The notes under the pieces are model-generated. The model was not told the origin of the DNA. It was given only the letters and a program-made list of their open reading frames with translations, and ran no database searches. Shown here in pieces: positions 20,291 to 29,242 of a DNA stretch of 64,000 bases; position 1 is the first letter of the stretch, and each line of letters opens with the position of its first letter. A program made the position numbers and the translations under genes. Origin of the DNA: Rickettsiales bacterium. Its GTDB lineage: Bacteria > Pseudomonadota > Alphaproteobacteria > Rickettsiales > JALZUV01. The DNA lies in the NCBI GenBank assembly GCA_029252805.1, contig JAQXAR010000025.1:90425-154424 (forward strand). Direction: 5' to 3'.

Positions 20291-21376
20291 ATGAGCAAAA
20301 AACCCGCATGGGATCAATATGGTAGCTACTTGCATGTCGATAAAATACTAGGCGCGCAGCACCCGCAAAGCACCGCTGCCGGAAATGAAGTGCATGATGA
20401 AATGCTTTTCATCCAATTTCATCAGATCTATGAGTTGTGGTTTAAGCAAATTCTTTTCGAGCTGGATGATGTTCAAGGCCGTTTCGCCGCTGAGAAAATG
20501 AATGAATCCGATATGCAGCCCATCGCGATGTATTTGGACCGTGTCGTCAAAATCTTGACACAAATGGAAAGCATGATTGATGTGTTGGAGACGATGCCAT
20601 CACAGTCTTTCACCGATTTCCGCGAATATCTCAGCACTGCCTCTGGGTTCCAGAGCCTGCAATTCCGCCTCATCGAGACTCGCTTAGGGTTGCTTCGTAA
20701 AGACCGTATTCCTGTTTTTCACGGAGAATTTGATTCGGATTTATTAAAGCAAAGCCAAGCCGCGATTGCGAAAGCGGAAAGTTCTCCAAGCCTCTATGAT
20801 CAACTTGATAGCTGGCTGAGCCGTACGCCATTTGTTGATTTGGGTGGCTATAACTTCTGGGATGATTACCGCGATGCGGTTTACACCATGCTTGATGATA
20901 AAGCCAAGCAAGCCGAACAGAATTTAGAAGGTGATGGTTTAGAGAATGAATTAAAAGCGCTCGAGCGTAGCCGTCAAAAATTTGAAGGTATTTTCGATGC
21001 AGAGAAAAATGAAAAGAGCGAATGGCGCATGTCATATAAGGCGCTCCAAGCCGCGCTTTTCGTTACGATTTACCGTGAGCAACCGGTGCTACAAGCGCCA
21101 TTCGGGCTGTTAAAACATATTATGGATGTCGATGAACTACTTGCTCGCTGGCGTTTCCGTCATGCCTTAATGGTGCAACGTATGGTCGGTATGGGCATGG
21201 GAACGGGGGGCTCATCAGGCTATGAATATTTGCTACGCACCGTGGCTGAGCATCGTATCTTTACTGATATATTTGCGCTGAATGCGTATTTAATTCCATC
21301 GAAATCACTGCCGGAGCTTCCGGCGGAAATTAGTCAACAAATGCATTACCATTATCATGCAACGGGAGCGAAATAA
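20291..21376 (+). CDS. kynA: tryptophan 2,3-dioxygenase
   Basis: 361-aa TDO-like sequence ('YLHVDKILGAQHPQS...HDEMLFIQFHQIYELWFKQ'; 'RWRFRHALMVQRMVG'). Confidence 0.88.
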   Translation: MSKKPAWDQYGSYLHVDKILGAQHPQSTAAGNEVHDEMLFIQFHQIYELWFKQILFELDDVQGRFAAEKMNESDMQPIAMYLDRVVKILTQMESMIDVLETMPSQSFTDFREYLSTASGFQSLQFRLIETRLGLLRKDRIPVFHGEFDSDLLKQSQAAIAKAESSPSLYDQLDSWLSRTPFVDLGGYNFWDDYRDAVYTMLDDKAKQAEQNLEGDGLENELKALERSRQKFEGIFDAEKNEKSEWRMSYKALQAALFVTIYREQPVLQAPFGLLKHIMDVDELLARWRFRHALMVQRMVGMGMGTGGSSGYEYLLRTVAEHRIFTDIFALNAYLIPSKSLPELPAEISQQMHYHYHATGAK

Positions 21377-22156
21377 ATGACTCAGAACTTAAGTGGAAAA
21401 CGTGCCATCGTCTGCGGTGCCAGCAAAGGCATTGGCCGCGCGACTGCCATTGAACTCGCCAGCCAAGGCGCGAGCGTCACCCTGCTTGCTCGTAACGAAG
21501 CGGCCCTTGAGGCGGTGAAAACCAGCCTCGCAGGGGGAGGCCATCATGTGCTCGTGGCGGATGCCGCTGACACGGCTGGTTTGACTGCAAAGGTCAGCGC
21601 GCATGTGGCGCAACATGGTCCTATCCATATTCTGGTCAATAATAGCGGCGGGCCTGCGGCAGGGCCAGTCAATCAAGCCACGTCTGAACAGCTTCTGGGT
21701 GCCTTCACGCAGCATTTACTGGGTAATCATGCGATGATGCAAGCGGTGCTTGAGGGCATGAAAGCAGAAGGCTATGGCCGTATTATCAATGTGATTTCAA
21801 CCTCGGTCAAAATGCCGCTTAAGGGGTTGGGTGTTTCCAACACGATCCGTGGTGCGGTGGCCAATTGGGCGAAAACGCTGGCGGGTGAAGTGGGAGGTTT
21901 CGGCATTACGGTCAATAACGTATTGCCCGGTGCAACCGATACCGATCGTCTTGCTGAGATATTTGAAGGCAAGGCCGCTAAGCTCGGCAAAACCGTTGAG
22001 CAAGTGGTCGAATCTGAAAAAGCGATTATCCCTGCCGGTCGTTTTGGCGCGCCTGAAGAATTGGCGTCTGCCGTTGCTTTCTTGGCGAGCCCTGCGGCGG
22101 CTTATATTAACGGTATTAATGTGCCAGTTGATGGCGGGCGCACGGGCTGTCTTTAA
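21377..22156 (+). CDS. atypical short-chain dehydrogenase/reductase-family protein (catalytic YxxxK replaced by SxxxR)
   Basis: Rossmann motif 'VCGASKGIGRAT'. By-eye alignment to FabG ('IINIGSVVGTMGNAGQANYAAAK') gives 'IINVISTSVKMPLKGLGVSNTIR', so Tyr->Ser and Lys->Arg. The start codon directly abuts the kynA stop (TAAATG). Confidence 0.8.
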   Translation: MTQNLSGKRAIVCGASKGIGRATAIELASQGASVTLLARNEAALEAVKTSLAGGGHHVLVADAADTAGLTAKVSAHVAQHGPIHILVNNSGGPAAGPVNQATSEQLLGAFTQHLLGNHAMMQAVLEGMKAEGYGRIINVISTSVKMPLKGLGVSNTIRGAVANWAKTLAGEVGGFGITVNNVLPGATDTDRLAEIFEGKAAKLGKTVEQVVESEKAIIPAGRFGAPEELASAVAFLASPAAAYINGINVPVDGGRTGCL

Positions 22157-22159
22157 GCG

Positions 22160-23599
22160 ATGACTCGAATCCTCAACTTCATTAATGGTGAACTGGTTGC
22201 TCCGGTAGCGGGTGAGTTTATGGAGAATGTGGAGCCTGCGACGGGGCAGATTTACGGTCAAATTTCAAACTCAAATGTGGCGGATGTTCAGGCGGCGGTC
22301 GATGCTGCTAAAGCCGCATGGCCAGGCTGGAAGCAAACAACGCCGCAGATGCGTGCTGTAATGCTCAATAGGTTAGCCGATTTGATGGAAGCTAAACAGG
22401 ATGATTTCATCCGTGCGGAATCCATTGATAATGGCAAACCCGTATCGCTAGCAGGTAGGGTCGATGTGCCGCGCGGTATTGCCAATCTACGTGCCTTTGC
22501 CGGGGCCGCATTAGAGTTTGGTGGTGAGCGGTTTGAAAAGGAAACTTCCAGCAGTTATACGCTACGCCCACCCATTGGCATTGTCTCGGTTATCTCACCG
22601 TGGAATTTGCCTCTGCTCCTCTTTACATGGAAATTAGCACCGGCTTTAGCGGCAGGAAATTGCGTGATTGCCAAGCCTTCGGAAGTCACGCCGATGACGG
22701 CCTTTATGCTTTCCCAATTGCTCAATGATGCGGGTTTTCCTAAAGGTGTCGTCAATATCCTGCATGGTCGTGGTGCAAGTGTGGGGGCGGCCATTACCGA
22801 TCATCCCGATATTCGCGCCATCTCCTTCACAGGGGGCACAGAGACGGGAACGATCATTTATTCTGGCGCGGCAAAGCAGCTTAAAAAAGTGTCATTAGAG
22901 CTGGGCGGTAAAAACCCTGCTATTATTTTTGAAGATGCGGATTGGGAGAATATGCTTGATGGTGTGCGCATGGCGGCTTTTGCCAATCAAGGGCAAGTCT
23001 GCTTATGTGGTTCCCGTATTCTGGTGCAAAAGTCGGTTTATGAGAGATTCAAAACGGATTTCCTTGCTAAGATTTCAGAGATTAAAATTGGTGATCCGTT
23101 AGAAGTCGGAACCACCCATGGCGCGACCGTTTCGCGTGATCATATGGAAAAGGTTCTGGGTTATATTGATCTTGCCAAACAAGAAGGTGGAACGGTTCTG
23201 GCCGGTGGAAAACAGCGCATTGTGGAAGGCCGTTGTGTTGACGGGTTCTTTATTGAACCGACGGTAATAGAAGGCCTGCCTGCGACTTGTCGTACTAATC
23301 AGGAAGAGATTTTCGGTCCGGTTGTCACGCTCATGCCGTTTGAAACGGAAGAAGAAGCATTGGAGATCGCCAATAGTACTGAATACGGCCTCGCCGCCTC
23401 TGTCTGGACGGGCGATGACGCGAAAGCCAGTCGTATGGCCCAGGGGATGGTTTGCGGTATTGTCTGGCTGAATTGCTGGAACTTGCGTGATTTGGATACG
23501 CCCTTCGGCGGCATGAAAAAATCCGGTATCGGCCGCGAAGGGAAATGGCGTGCACTGCAATTCTTCACCGAAGAAAAAACGGTGACACGCCCTGTATAA
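22160..23599 (+). CDS. NAD-dependent aldehyde dehydrogenase, probable 2-aminomuconate-6-semialdehyde dehydrogenase
   Basis: ALDH motifs 'SLELGGKNPAIIF' and 'FANQGQVCLCGSR' (catalytic Cys). The specific role is assigned from context (next to HAAO, ACMSD and a RidA-type deaminase). Confidence 0.8.
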   Translation: MTRILNFINGELVAPVAGEFMENVEPATGQIYGQISNSNVADVQAAVDAAKAAWPGWKQTTPQMRAVMLNRLADLMEAKQDDFIRAESIDNGKPVSLAGRVDVPRGIANLRAFAGAALEFGGERFEKETSSSYTLRPPIGIVSVISPWNLPLLLFTWKLAPALAAGNCVIAKPSEVTPMTAFMLSQLLNDAGFPKGVVNILHGRGASVGAAITDHPDIRAISFTGGTETGTIIYSGAAKQLKKVSLELGGKNPAIIFEDADWENMLDGVRMAAFANQGQVCLCGSRILVQKSVYERFKTDFLAKISEIKIGDPLEVGTTHGATVSRDHMEKVLGYIDLAKQEGGTVLAGGKQRIVEGRCVDGFFIEPTVIEGLPATCRTNQEEIFGPVVTLMPFETEEEALEIANSTEYGLAASVWTGDDAKASRMAQGMVCGIVWLNCWNLRDLDTPFGGMKKSGIGREGKWRALQFFTEEKTVTRPV

Positions 23600-23618
23600 A
23601 CGTTAAAAAGGATAAGAC

Positions 23619-24044
23619 ATGTCAAACCAAGTTGTTCATAATTCAAGCACTGCGCCGGAGCCTGTTGGCGCTTATCCGCATGCGCGTCGTGTGGGCGAAT
23701 TATTGTTTCTATCCGGTGTAGGGCCGCGCCAAAAAGGTACAAAAGTCATTCCTGGTGTCACGTTGGACGAAAGTGGAAAGATTGTCGATTATGATATTGA
23801 AGCACAATGCCGCAGCGTGTTTAATAATGTGCGCGATATTTTGGAATCCTCTGGTGCGAAGTGGGAAGATTTGGTCGATGTGACCGTGTTTCTCACCAAT
23901 ATGGATGATGATTTCAAAGCGTATAATGCGCTATGGAAAGAATATTTCGGCGAGAACCCGCCATGCCGTACGACTCTTGAGATTAACAAACTGCCAACGC
24001 CCATCGCTATTGAGCTAAAATGCGTTGCAGTGATGAAGGATTAA
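23619..24044 (+). CDS. RidA/YjgF-family protein, probable 2-aminomuconate deaminase
   Basis: 141-aa YjgF/RidA-like sequence ('PVGAYPHARRVGELLFLSGVGP', 'PCRTTLEINKLPTPIAIELKCVA'). The known AmnD/NbaF deaminases belong to this family. Confidence 0.7.
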   Translation: MSNQVVHNSSTAPEPVGAYPHARRVGELLFLSGVGPRQKGTKVIPGVTLDESGKIVDYDIEAQCRSVFNNVRDILESSGAKWEDLVDVTVFLTNMDDDFKAYNALWKEYFGENPPCRTTLEINKLPTPIAIELKCVAVMKD

Positions 24045-24047
24045 GCC

Positions 24048-24566
24048 ATGAGCTACTTGCCACCCATCAACCTTCAAGCGTGGATTGAAGAGCATCGCGA
24101 CCAGTTAAAACCGCCTGTTTGCAATAAGATGGTGTATGAGGTAGGTGATTTTATCATTATGGTTATTGGCGGTCCTAACACTCGCAAAGATTACCATGAC
24201 GATCCTGGCGAGGAGTTCTTCTATCAGTTAGAAGGCGATATGATCTTGCGCGTGATGGAAGACGGAAAGCCGAAAGATGTGACCATCAAGCAAGGTGAAA
24301 TATTCTTGCTTCCGCCGCATATTCATCACTCGCCGCAGCGCTTTGAGAATACCGTTGGCCTCGTGATCGAGCGTAAGCGTTTTGAGGGCGAACTTGATGG
24401 TTTCGCCTGGTATTGTGATGAGTGTCACAGCAAGATTCACGAAGAATTTGTGCCGCTCAAAAGCATTGTCGATGATTTACCTCCTTTGTTTGATCGTTTT
24501 TGGAATAGCGAAGAAAATCGTACTTGTGGCGAGTGTAATCACATCATGCCGCCTAAAGGATCTTGA
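24048..24566 (+). CDS. nbaC: 3-hydroxyanthranilate 3,4-dioxygenase
   Basis: Cupin core 'YHDDPGEEFFYQLEGDM...LLPPHIHHSPQR' plus a C-terminal rubredoxin-like CxxC...CxxC pair ('CDECHSK...CGECNH'), as in bacterial HAO. Confidence 0.9.
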   Translation: MSYLPPINLQAWIEEHRDQLKPPVCNKMVYEVGDFIIMVIGGPNTRKDYHDDPGEEFFYQLEGDMILRVMEDGKPKDVTIKQGEIFLLPPHIHHSPQRFENTVGLVIERKRFEGELDGFAWYCDECHSKIHEEFVPLKSIVDDLPPLFDRFWNSEENRTCGECNHIMPPKGS

Positions 24567-25789
24567 TGAATTATCCGTATCAACCGACTGAGAAATGGGA
24601 TGTGCATACGCATACGACCCTCTCGCCGGATACGTATGAGAAGCTTGCGCGCTTTACGCATTATAGCGAGTTCGTGCGTATTCAGGCGCATGCCAGCAAG
24701 CCATGCTGCGCTAGTATGATTAATAACACCGGCGATACGATGCGTGAGATTGAGGCGAATGCCTATGAAGCCGCCGTGCGCGTTGATGAATGCGATGTTT
24801 TTGGCGTCTCGGTTCAGGTGCTTTCACCGACGCCGATGATGATTCCTGATTATGTCGATAACGGGCAAGATGCGGCAGAGATTTGCAGAATCCTCAATGA
24901 TGATAATGCGGCGACGGTCGCGAAATTCCCGAAACGTTTTGTCGCACTCGGCGCGCTGCCGATGCGTGCACCAGAGCTTGCCATAAAAGAGATGCGCCGT
25001 ATTCGTGACGAGCTCGGCATGCCGGGTGTGGAAATCCTCTCCAACATTAATGGCGAGGAGCTGGACGATCCAAAATTCTTTGCCATCTTTGAGGCGGCGG
25101 CCGAGTTGGGTATGGCGATTTTCATCCACCCATGGGGTGGGTTTATGTCACCGACGGAACCGAAACTCAAAGCCCGTATGCATGCCTCGCGTAACTGGCG
25201 ACCATGGCTGATTGCGATGGGAATGGAAACCGCACTTGCGTTTGATGCGATGCGTAGTGGCGGTGTGCATGAGCGTTTGCCGCATTTACGCGTGCTCTAT
25301 GCGCATGGCGGCGGGGTGTTCCCCAGTTTGTTAGGGCGCTTGGAGCATGGTGCCTATTGCCGCCCTGATCTCTTCACGCAGGCTTCTAATCAGAACCCGT
25401 ATGATGCGGTGCGTGATTGTCAAATTTACACCGATACGCTCACCCATAATCCATGGGTGTTAGAGCTGCTTATCCATACGCTTGGTGCAAGCTGGATCGC
25501 CATGGGTTCTGACTATCCCTACCCGCTAGGCGAGGTCGAACCGTTTAATGCCGATAGCCTAAAAGATGCCAAAGGTAATAGCTGTCCCTATCCACAAGCG
25601 AAGGGCATTTATCCCGGTCATATGATCGAGCACCTCCCATCGACCGATGCAGATAGAGAAGCCGCGTGGAGTCATTTCCATTGGCTGGCCCGCGATAATG
25701 CTGATGGCATGCGTCGTTTGCCATTGTTAACGGGCGAACAAAAACAACGGATGCTGTCTGGCACGGCAAAAGAGTGGTTAGGGCTATGA
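24566..25789 (+). CDS. nbaD: 2-amino-3-carboxymuconate-6-semialdehyde decarboxylase (ACMSD), long form of about 407 aa
   Basis: Amidohydrolase_2-type 'WDVHTHT' HxH motif, 'VQVLSPTP', 'GSDYPYPLGE'. The start overlaps the HAO stop as TGATG. Relative to the roughly 335-aa ACMSDs I remember, it carries an insertion of about 45 aa near the C-terminus. Confidence 0.82.
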   Translation: MNYPYQPTEKWDVHTHTTLSPDTYEKLARFTHYSEFVRIQAHASKPCCASMINNTGDTMREIEANAYEAAVRVDECDVFGVSVQVLSPTPMMIPDYVDNGQDAAEICRILNDDNAATVAKFPKRFVALGALPMRAPELAIKEMRRIRDELGMPGVEILSNINGEELDDPKFFAIFEAAAELGMAIFIHPWGGFMSPTEPKLKARMHASRNWRPWLIAMGMETALAFDAMRSGGVHERLPHLRVLYAHGGGVFPSLLGRLEHGAYCRPDLFTQASNQNPYDAVRDCQIYTDTLTHNPWVLELLIHTLGASWIAMGSDYPYPLGEVEPFNADSLKDAKGNSCPYPQAKGIYPGHMIEHLPSTDADREAAWSHFHWLARDNADGMRRLPLLTGEQKQRMLSGTAKEWLGL

Positions 25790-26616
25790 AATTAAATCTC
25801 GAAATTGCAGGCGAAAGCTTCACCGCGAATCTGAATAATCCATTAGATATTACTATCCCCGTGAAATTCGATGGGGCAGGGCTAACCGCTTTCGGCGCGC
25901 CCGCAGCCAGCGGTGTGGCTTATGCTGCAGGTGATTATATTGGTGATGTGCGGGCGGGCGGAAGTTGTAACTGTGAGGTGCTCACCTTCGCGCCGCATTT
26001 GCATGGCACCCATACGGAATGTGTCGGTCATATTTCCAATGCGCGAATATCAGTCGCAGATGTCTTTAAAGGCGGCTTGGTGCCGGCGAGTTTGGTGACG
26101 ATTGCTCCCGTTTCTCCCAACGATACAGATGAAACTTACAGTGTAGAGCTTGCGGCCGATGATAGGTTAATTACTGCGGAGAGCTTGAAAGAAACCCTCA
26201 TTGCTGACGCTCCTCGCAATGACGGTTTCTTAAAAGCATTAATCATTCGTACCACCCCCAACGCACTCGCCAAACAAAGCGGCGATTATGCTTGCGATAT
26301 GCCGCCCTTCTTCACGCTCGAAGCAATGGGTCTCATTGTTGAACTCGGCGTGCAGCATGTCTTGATTGATACACCTTCGGTTGACCGACTGGATGATGAC
26401 GGAAAACTCACCAATCACCATATCTATTGGGGTATCCCAGAAGGCAGCCACGCGGTAGATGCCGCTAATCCTTCACCCAAAACTATCACCGAACTTATCT
26501 ATGTGGTGGATGCGATTAAAGACGGAAACTATTTGCTCGATTTGCAAGTCGCAGCCTTTATGATGGACGCGGCACCCAGCCACCCAATTCTCTATGAGGT
26601 AACTAAAAATGACTGA
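25786..26616 (+). CDS. cyclase-family protein, probable kynurenine formamidase (KynB-like, divergent metal motif)
   Basis: 'HLHGTHTECVGH' sits where the cyclase family has HxGTHxDxPxH. 'LIIRTTPN' and 'VLIDTPSVD...NHH' match later cyclase-fold blocks. ATGA overlap with ACMSD. Confidence 0.65.
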   Translation: MKLNLEIAGESFTANLNNPLDITIPVKFDGAGLTAFGAPAASGVAYAAGDYIGDVRAGGSCNCEVLTFAPHLHGTHTECVGHISNARISVADVFKGGLVPASLVTIAPVSPNDTDETYSVELAADDRLITAESLKETLIADAPRNDGFLKALIIRTTPNALAKQSGDYACDMPPFFTLEAMGLIVELGVQHVLIDTPSVDRLDDDGKLTNHHIYWGIPEGSHAVDAANPSPKTITELIYVVDAIKDGNYLLDLQVAAFMMDAAPSHPILYEVTKND

Positions 26617-27886
26617 CTATCGCACCGATAAAGCCTTTGCCGTTGAGCTGGATGCACAGGATCCACTCAAAAACTATCGTGATGAATTCTATATTGCGCA
26701 GGCGCATGGCAAGGAGTCGATTTACTTTTGCGGCAACTCGCTCGGCCTGCAACCCAAGCGTACTGAAAGTGCCATTATGCAAGAGCTGAAAGATTGGCAG
26801 AAGCTCGGCGTAGAAGGGCACATGCATGCGAAAAATCCATGGCTGCCCTACCATGAGTTTTTGGCGGAAAGCTATGCTAAGATCGTCGGGGCAAAGCCAT
26901 CCGAAGTAGTGGCGATGAACACGCTCAGTGTGAACCTGCATTTGATGATGGTGTCATTTTATCGCCCCACGGCGCAGCGTCATAAAATTGTGATTGAAAA
27001 TAACGCCTTCCCGTCCGATCAATATGCCGTACAATCTCAAATTAGCTTCCATGGTTTTGATCCAGAAACTTCGTTAATTGAAATGCAGCCACGAGATGGC
27101 CAAACAACCTTACAGACGCAAGATATTCTGGATTTAATAGAACGTGAAGGCGACAGTATCGCGCTCATTATGGTGGGTGGCGTAAATTATTATACAGGCC
27201 AACTTTTCGATATGGCGGCGATTACCAAAGCCGGTCATGCAAAAGGTGCTCAAGTCGGTTTCGATCTTGCCCATGCGGCGGGGAATGTGCCACTCAAATT
27301 GCATGAGTGGGGTGTCGATTTTGCGTGCTGGTGTAGTTATAAATATCTGAATTCTGGCCCCGGTAGTGTGTCAGGTTGTTTTGTGCATGAACGTCATGCG
27401 CAAGCCGACCTTCCACGTTTTAACGGCTGGTGGGGGCATGATAAAGAAACTCGTTTTAAGATGGGTCCGAACTTTAAAGCCATCGGTGGCGCAGAAAGCT
27501 GGCAGCTCTCGAACCCGCCGATTTTATCGCTTGCCGCAGTCAAAGCCTCACTCGAAATTTTCGATGAAGTGGGAATGGATAAATTACGCAAAAAGAGCTT
27601 AAAAATAACCGGTTATATGGAGTTCCTACTTGATAGCTTGAAGTGTGATGCTTTCGATATTCTAACCCCTCGCGATACGAATCAGCGCGGTGCACAGCTT
27701 TCCATCGTTGTGAACGAAAATGGCAAAAAGGTGTTTGAAGCGCTCGAAGCGGCCGGCGTGATTTGCGATTGGCGCGAACCGAATTGCATTCGCGTAGCAC
27801 CGATGCCGCTCTATAATAGCTACGCTGATGTGTATCGTTTTGTTGAAATATTTGCGCAGGAATTAAATATAAAGGTGGCCGCATGA
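26609..27886 (+). CDS. kynU: kynureninase
   Basis: PLP-lysine block 'CWCSYKYLNSGPGS' and an N-terminus typical of kynureninase ('DPLKNYRDEFYI'). 8-nt overlap with the upstream gene. Confidence 0.93.
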   Translation: MTDYRTDKAFAVELDAQDPLKNYRDEFYIAQAHGKESIYFCGNSLGLQPKRTESAIMQELKDWQKLGVEGHMHAKNPWLPYHEFLAESYAKIVGAKPSEVVAMNTLSVNLHLMMVSFYRPTAQRHKIVIENNAFPSDQYAVQSQISFHGFDPETSLIEMQPRDGQTTLQTQDILDLIEREGDSIALIMVGGVNYYTGQLFDMAAITKAGHAKGAQVGFDLAHAAGNVPLKLHEWGVDFACWCSYKYLNSGPGSVSGCFVHERHAQADLPRFNGWWGHDKETRFKMGPNFKAIGGAESWQLSNPPILSLAAVKASLEIFDEVGMDKLRKKSLKITGYMEFLLDSLKCDAFDILTPRDTNQRGAQLSIVVNENGKKVFEALEAAGVICDWREPNCIRVAPMPLYNSYADVYRFVEIFAQELNIKVAA

Positions 27887-29238
27887 GTCAGGAAATTCAT
27901 GTTGTAGGTGGCGGCTTGGTTGGTTCGCTTGCTGCCGTCATGTTAGGCAATGAAGGCTTTCAAGTTAAGCTCTATGAGCGCCGCCCTGATATGCGTAAGG
28001 TGGATATTGCCGCCGGTCGTTCGATCAATTTGGTGCTGACATCACGTGGGATACAAGCGTTGGAACGTGTAGGTTTAAAAGAGAAAGCGATGGAACTTGC
28101 GATTCCAGTCAGTGCGCGGATGCTGCATGATGTGGAAGGCCAGACCAATCGAGTACCTTACGGTCAGCATGAGGGCGAGGTGATTAATTCCGTCTCACGT
28201 GGCTTGCTCAATAAGCTGCTACTAGAAGCAGCAGATGCGCACGATAATGTTGAGGTGCTGTTCCATCGCACCTGTACCGATTATGATATTAAAGCGAAAA
28301 CGCTGACTTTTCATAATGATCAGACAAATGCGTCTGAAACCGTGCCGGTGGAACGAGCCATGGGCACGGACGGTGCCTTCTCGGCCATGCGCAAGGCGAT
28401 GTTGAATCAGGTAGTTAATTTTGATTATTCGCAAAATTTCCTAAGCCATGGCTATAAAGAACTCGTCATTGCTGCTAATGTGGATGGTAGCCATCCGATC
28501 GACCCTAATGCTCTGCATATCTGGCCGCGCAAAGATTTTATGTTTATGGCGCTAGCGAATCTGGATGGTAGCTTCACCTGCACTCTCTATATGGCGCATG
28601 AGGGTGAGAATAGCTTTGATAGTTTGAAGACGGAGCAAGAGGTTGAAGGTTTCTTTCAGCAATATTTCCCCGATGCTTTACGAATGATGCCGGATTTAAA
28701 GCAGGAGTATTTTGAGAATCATGCAGGCTCAATGGTGACGGTGAAGTGTTTCCCATGGAGAGTTGGCGAGCAGTCGATTTTGCTAGGAGATTCGTCTCAT
28801 GCGATCGTCCCCTTTTTCGGGCAAGGGATGAATTCAGGCTTTGAAGATTGCTTTGAGTTGGGACGCTTGTTGGATAAGCATGGCAGTCACCTTGATTGGG
28901 ATGCACTATTTGACGAGCTGCAATATATTCGAAAACCCAATACCGATGCCATTGCGGATATGGCACTTGAGAACTTTGTGGAGATGTCTGAGACAACGGC
29001 GGATCCAAAATTCCAGCTCAAAAAAGAAATTGGATTCGAGCTTGAGAAGCGTTACGAAGGCAAATTCATCCCGCGCTATTCGATGGTGGTGTTTCATCCA
29101 GAAATTTCCTATTCGGAGGCTCAGCACCGTGGTGCGATTCAGTTCGAAATTCTTGAGGAGTTGAGTGACGGTATTGAAAGCGTCGAGCAAGTCGATTGGG
29201 CTAAAGCCGCTCGATTGATAGTGAAGTTGGAAGTCTGA
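27883..29238 (+). CDS. kmo: kynurenine 3-monooxygenase (FAD-dependent)
   Basis: FAD fingerprint 'VVGGGLVGSLAAVMLGNEGFQVKLYERRPD', plus 'GDSSHAIVPFFGQGMNSGFEDC'. ATGA overlap with kynU. Confidence 0.9.
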   Translation: MSQEIHVVGGGLVGSLAAVMLGNEGFQVKLYERRPDMRKVDIAAGRSINLVLTSRGIQALERVGLKEKAMELAIPVSARMLHDVEGQTNRVPYGQHEGEVINSVSRGLLNKLLLEAADAHDNVEVLFHRTCTDYDIKAKTLTFHNDQTNASETVPVERAMGTDGAFSAMRKAMLNQVVNFDYSQNFLSHGYKELVIAANVDGSHPIDPNALHIWPRKDFMFMALANLDGSFTCTLYMAHEGENSFDSLKTEQEVEGFFQQYFPDALRMMPDLKQEYFENHAGSMVTVKCFPWRVGEQSILLGDSSHAIVPFFGQGMNSGFEDCFELGRLLDKHGSHLDWDALFDELQYIRKPNTDAIADMALENFVEMSETTADPKFQLKKEIGFELEKRYEGKFIPRYSMVVFHPEISYSEAQHRGAIQFEILEELSDGIESVEQVDWAKAARLIVKLEV

Positions 29239-29242
29239 TTCG

